From: Aplysia californica
Lineage: Eukaryota
Direction: 5' to 3'
Assembly (NCBI RefSeq): GCF_000002075.1
Contig: NW_004797272.1
Coordinates: 4,189,839 to 4,253,838 of the forward strand
DNA: 64,000 nucleotides
Shown here: positions 60,541-64,000 of the stretch, in pieces
Layout: each line of letters starts with the position of its first letter
How positions within the stretch are numbered: position 1 is the stretch's first letter
Made by a program: the position numbers and the translations under genes
The notes under the pieces: model-generated
The model's input: the letters and a program-made list of their open reading frames with translations, nothing else
Database searches by the model: none
Told to the model about the DNA's origin: nothing

Positions 60541-60960
60541 GTGCCAAGTCGTCTCTCTTTCAAAGGTCCCTGGTACGAATACGGGTAGCGAGCGACAATT
60601 TTTCTTTTCTAAAATTGTCTCCTTTTCACCTTCTTTCCTTCTCTCTTGCAACATTCTGTCGTCTGCTTTCGTCACCACTTTCTTCCCCCACCCCCTCATG
60701 CAGCTCCTTTGCCCTCTCCTCTGGGCTCCGGACTCTTTCTGCTACCTTTCTACTGCTACTCCTTAGCTCCATCTTACTGCTGTCTTTTAGTCACACCCCT
60801 GATCTTCTGGTAGGAAAGATCTACACCTAGCCTTCTCAGACAAGGACGAAAAATGTCGGAAGTCCCGTGTGCAAGTTGCGCACGTTAAAGATCCCTTGAC
60901 AAGAGTTCGTTTCGGCCGCCACCCGGGCAAAATTCAAAATGTTCTACCAACTGAAAATGT
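60537..60960 (+). mobile_element. SINE family C copy 3 (inverted)
   Basis: Reverse complement of copies 1 and 2. Confidence 0.75.
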
Positions 60961-61035
60961 ATATGACCTTACACAGTTGTGAGCACCGTAAAACACTTAC
61001 CTCCCCAAAAAATCCACCCGCGCGCGAGTGCATAC

Positions 61036-61093
<58 letters not shown>

Positions 61094-61784
61094 AATAAAA
61101 ATGAACTTCATTATTAGTATCATTTTCGGCTATCTTTTCGGCTCAAATGAATCAACGGAAGCAATGAATTGGTATTGTTTGGTTTGTTTCACATTTTTGG
61201 TAAAATCAGCTGCGGAAAAAAAGCTTTTTAATTTACTTTACTTACCGGCGGATCGTATAAAATCTATTTTTCGGTTGTGGTACGATTACTGCTAAAACCA
61301 GCGATACCTTACAAGATCTGTAGCGATCGTTATAAGTATCGATACATGTTAAATGGACGCTAAAAAAGGCACTGTCAGACGTAATTACTTCCGGTGTCAT
61401 GGCTGCTTGTAAATGAAAATAACATTTTCTCTTTGTTGAGTGGAACACTTCGTTTGTTGAGTGGAGCACTTTGTTTCTCAGTATCTGACTCAAAAGCAAA
61501 GACCGTTGGCAGCAAGAAAAAGTTGTTATGTATGCCTTTTATACTTCTAAATGGACAAGAGAGGTCAGCATTATGTTATCCCTTTGAATTTCTTTGATTT
61601 ATTAGATGGACTTGTAGATGAATGTATCTAGACGTTATAATAATAATGGGCGTACAACACTACACACTAGACATTGCAGTTTACATTGGATAATTTATTC
61701 TCAGGACGAGCGAGTGTATTTACTGTAATATAGAAACATTTTAGTGTAGCGCAATTCTTCCAGATCAGCACATTTTTTCCAGGC

Positions 61785-63660
61785 TGTAGTTATTCGCACA
61801 GGGTGTGTGGGAATACAAATACAATGGAATTGTATTCAATTCACTATTCAGAATTCACATCATACATAGCATGGCATAGGAGAGTGTGCGAATACTATGA
61901 AATTGGTGATCTTAATACTTTAGCACGTTAAATTCTTCAATTGATTTTATCTAGATCTAGAGTCTAGATTTAGATCAAGGCCACCTCTATTCTCACCCCG
62001 GGTGAGAATAGCGCAGGCGAGTCTTTTGGCTATTCTCACCCGGAAAAGGAAGTTTCTATTCTCACCCGGGGTGAGAATAAAATACGATCTACCCCTCACT
62101 GCGGGTGAGACTTGCCAGCGTAGGCTATTCTCACCCGGTGTGAAACAAGACCTGTTTTTCCTCATTTTGGAATACTGTCTATCGGTGTGTAGATGATCAA
62201 ATTGATAAAAGCCAAGAAAATATTACGTTCACAAAAGTAAGCTAATTTGATCGTTTTCAAAGACTCTGTGGCTATTTCACTTTATGAATGGAGCCGAACT
62301 ACGCGGGTCGCCATTTTGTTTTGCCCGCAAGTTCTCGCAAGATCTACTCCTCCCCTCTCTCTCTCTGTCTCTTTCTGAATACTGTCTATCGGTGTGGAGG
62401 ATCAAATTGACCAAAACAAAGTTTAAAAATGATGTTAAAAAAGAAATCTAAATTAATTTGGTTGTTTACAAAGATGCTACGGCTATTTAACTTTCCGAAA
62501 CGAGCCGAACTAAGCAGGTCGCCATTTTGTTTTGCCCGGAAGTTCTCGCGCTACTCCTCTCTCTCTCTCTCTCTTTCTCTCTCTCCACCGCCCACAGACA
62601 AAATTGCAGGCTTTTAGGCTAACACTAACAGTAGTAATAGATCTAGAACGTTTGTTCACAGCACAGAATTCTATAATTCTGTTATCATCACAGTGTGTAG
62701 AATTCTGTGGTTCAGGGTGAACGCTTCACTGGTTGGCCTAGACTATAACGGTGAATTCTACACACTGTGATAACAGAATTATAGAATTCTGTGCTGTGAA
62801 CAAACGTTCTAGATCTATTACTACTAGCCTAAAAGCGTGCAATTTTGTCTGTGGGCAGTGGAAAGAGAGAGAGAGAGGAGTAACGTGAGAACTTCCGGGC
62901 GAAACAAAATGGCGACCTGCGTAGTTCGGCTCGATTCGGAAAGTTAAATAGCCGTAGCATCTTTGTAGACAACCAAATTAATTTAGTTTTCTTTTTTAAC
63001 ATCATTTTTTAACTTTGTTTTGNNNNNNNNNNNNNNNNNNNNNNNNNNNNNNNNNNNNNNNNNNNNNNNNNNNNNNNNNNNNNNNNNNNNNNNNNNNNNN
63101 NNNNNNNNNNNNNNNNNNNNNNNNNNNNNNNNNNNNNNNNNNNNNNNNNNNNNNNNNNNNNNNNNNNNNNNNNNNNNGTGAAATAGCCATAGCATCTTTG
63201 AAGACGATCAAATTAGCTTACTTTTGTGCTATAACGTAATTTTTTCTTGGCTTTTATCAATTTGATCATCCACACCGATAGACAGATTCCAAAATGAGGA
63301 AAAACAGGTTTTGCTTCACACCGGGTGAGAATAGCCTACACTGGCAAGTCTCACCAGGGGTGAGAGGTAGATCATATTTTTATTCTCACCCCGGGTGAGA
63401 ATAGCCACTTCCCTAGATCAATCAGATCTAGATCTATCTATCTCGCCACACACTCACATGCACACACATGCGCGCGCGAGTGAGCGGACCTCTAGCCTAC
63501 GATAGCTTTGATAAAATCAATTGAAGAATTTAACATGCTAAAGTATAAGATTAACTGAAATTTTATTCGCTCAGGTTGTGTGAATACTAGAATTTTATTC
63601 GCACAGTGTGTGTGAATACTATGAAATTATATTTGCACAGGGTGTGTGAATACTGCAAAA
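61785..63660. repeat. Long imperfect palindrome / foldback-type element
   Basis: Arms about 61885-62705 and 62753-63572 are reverse complements around a 47-bp spacer, with internal hairpin modules. Confidence 0.85.
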
Positions 63661-64000
63661 TATTATTGGCACAGGGCGTTTCAAAAGAAGGATGGAAATG
63701 ATAGGAGAGAGAGAGAGAGCTCATTTTCCCCCTCATCGCATGGGGACAAAGATCAGTGCACTCCTCTCTTTGAGCCAATTAAAAAAGTGCCCTTAAAATT
63801 TCGTGACGCCCTCTTAAAAAAAGTGCGGACTTTGCGAACAGAGTTACCCTACTTGTGTGAAAAACAATAAAAGTAGGTAGCGTAAACACGGCCTCGCGGG
63901 TACTCGCGGCCTTCCGAACGCGTGGTATCGGTAAAATCGGGGTAATTTCGTTCGCTGTTTCTTTGCTCTTTCGCTATAAAACACCAAATGCCGTACACCT

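Overview
Eukaryotic (animal) genomic DNA from a gapped draft assembly: AT-rich, many microsatellites, GT-AG introns and a dense invertebrate-type SINE/MITE landscape. A mollusc is my guess; the taxon is not established. I assembled three complete multi-exon genes by hand, checking splice phases. (1) HEATR4-like HEAT-repeat protein, minus strand, 14 coding exons, 24548->3384, about 1432 aa, with a long acidic C-terminal tail. (2) KLHL10-like BTB-BACK-kelch protein, plus strand, 11 exons, 27480->40398, about 597 aa, head-to-head with HEATR4. (3) NDUFA10 (complex I 42 kDa subunit, deoxynucleoside-kinase fold), minus strand, 8 exons, 56275->42931, about 406 aa, tail-to-tail with KLHL10. Introns and intergenic DNA hold non-autonomous DNA transposons (piggyBac-, hAT-, Tc1/mariner- and P-like, several with intact TIRs and TSDs), tRNA-derived SINEs, RTE/L2 LINE relics and a roughly 1.8 kb foldback palindrome. 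The most notable observations are: a 31-bp minisatellite built from a KLHL10 splice acceptor; a decayed duplicate of the start of KLHL10 exon 9; an inverted MITE pair bracketing a phase-symmetric 270-nt exon block; a three-level transposon nest in NDUFA10 intron 1; an ERS->NRG change in the NDUFA10 nucleotide-binding motif; and a perfect CRE upstream of KLHL10. No prokaryote-type system (CRISPR, operon) is present, and I cannot support a wholly new multi-gene system. Gene names come from recalled protein similarity, not from a database search.
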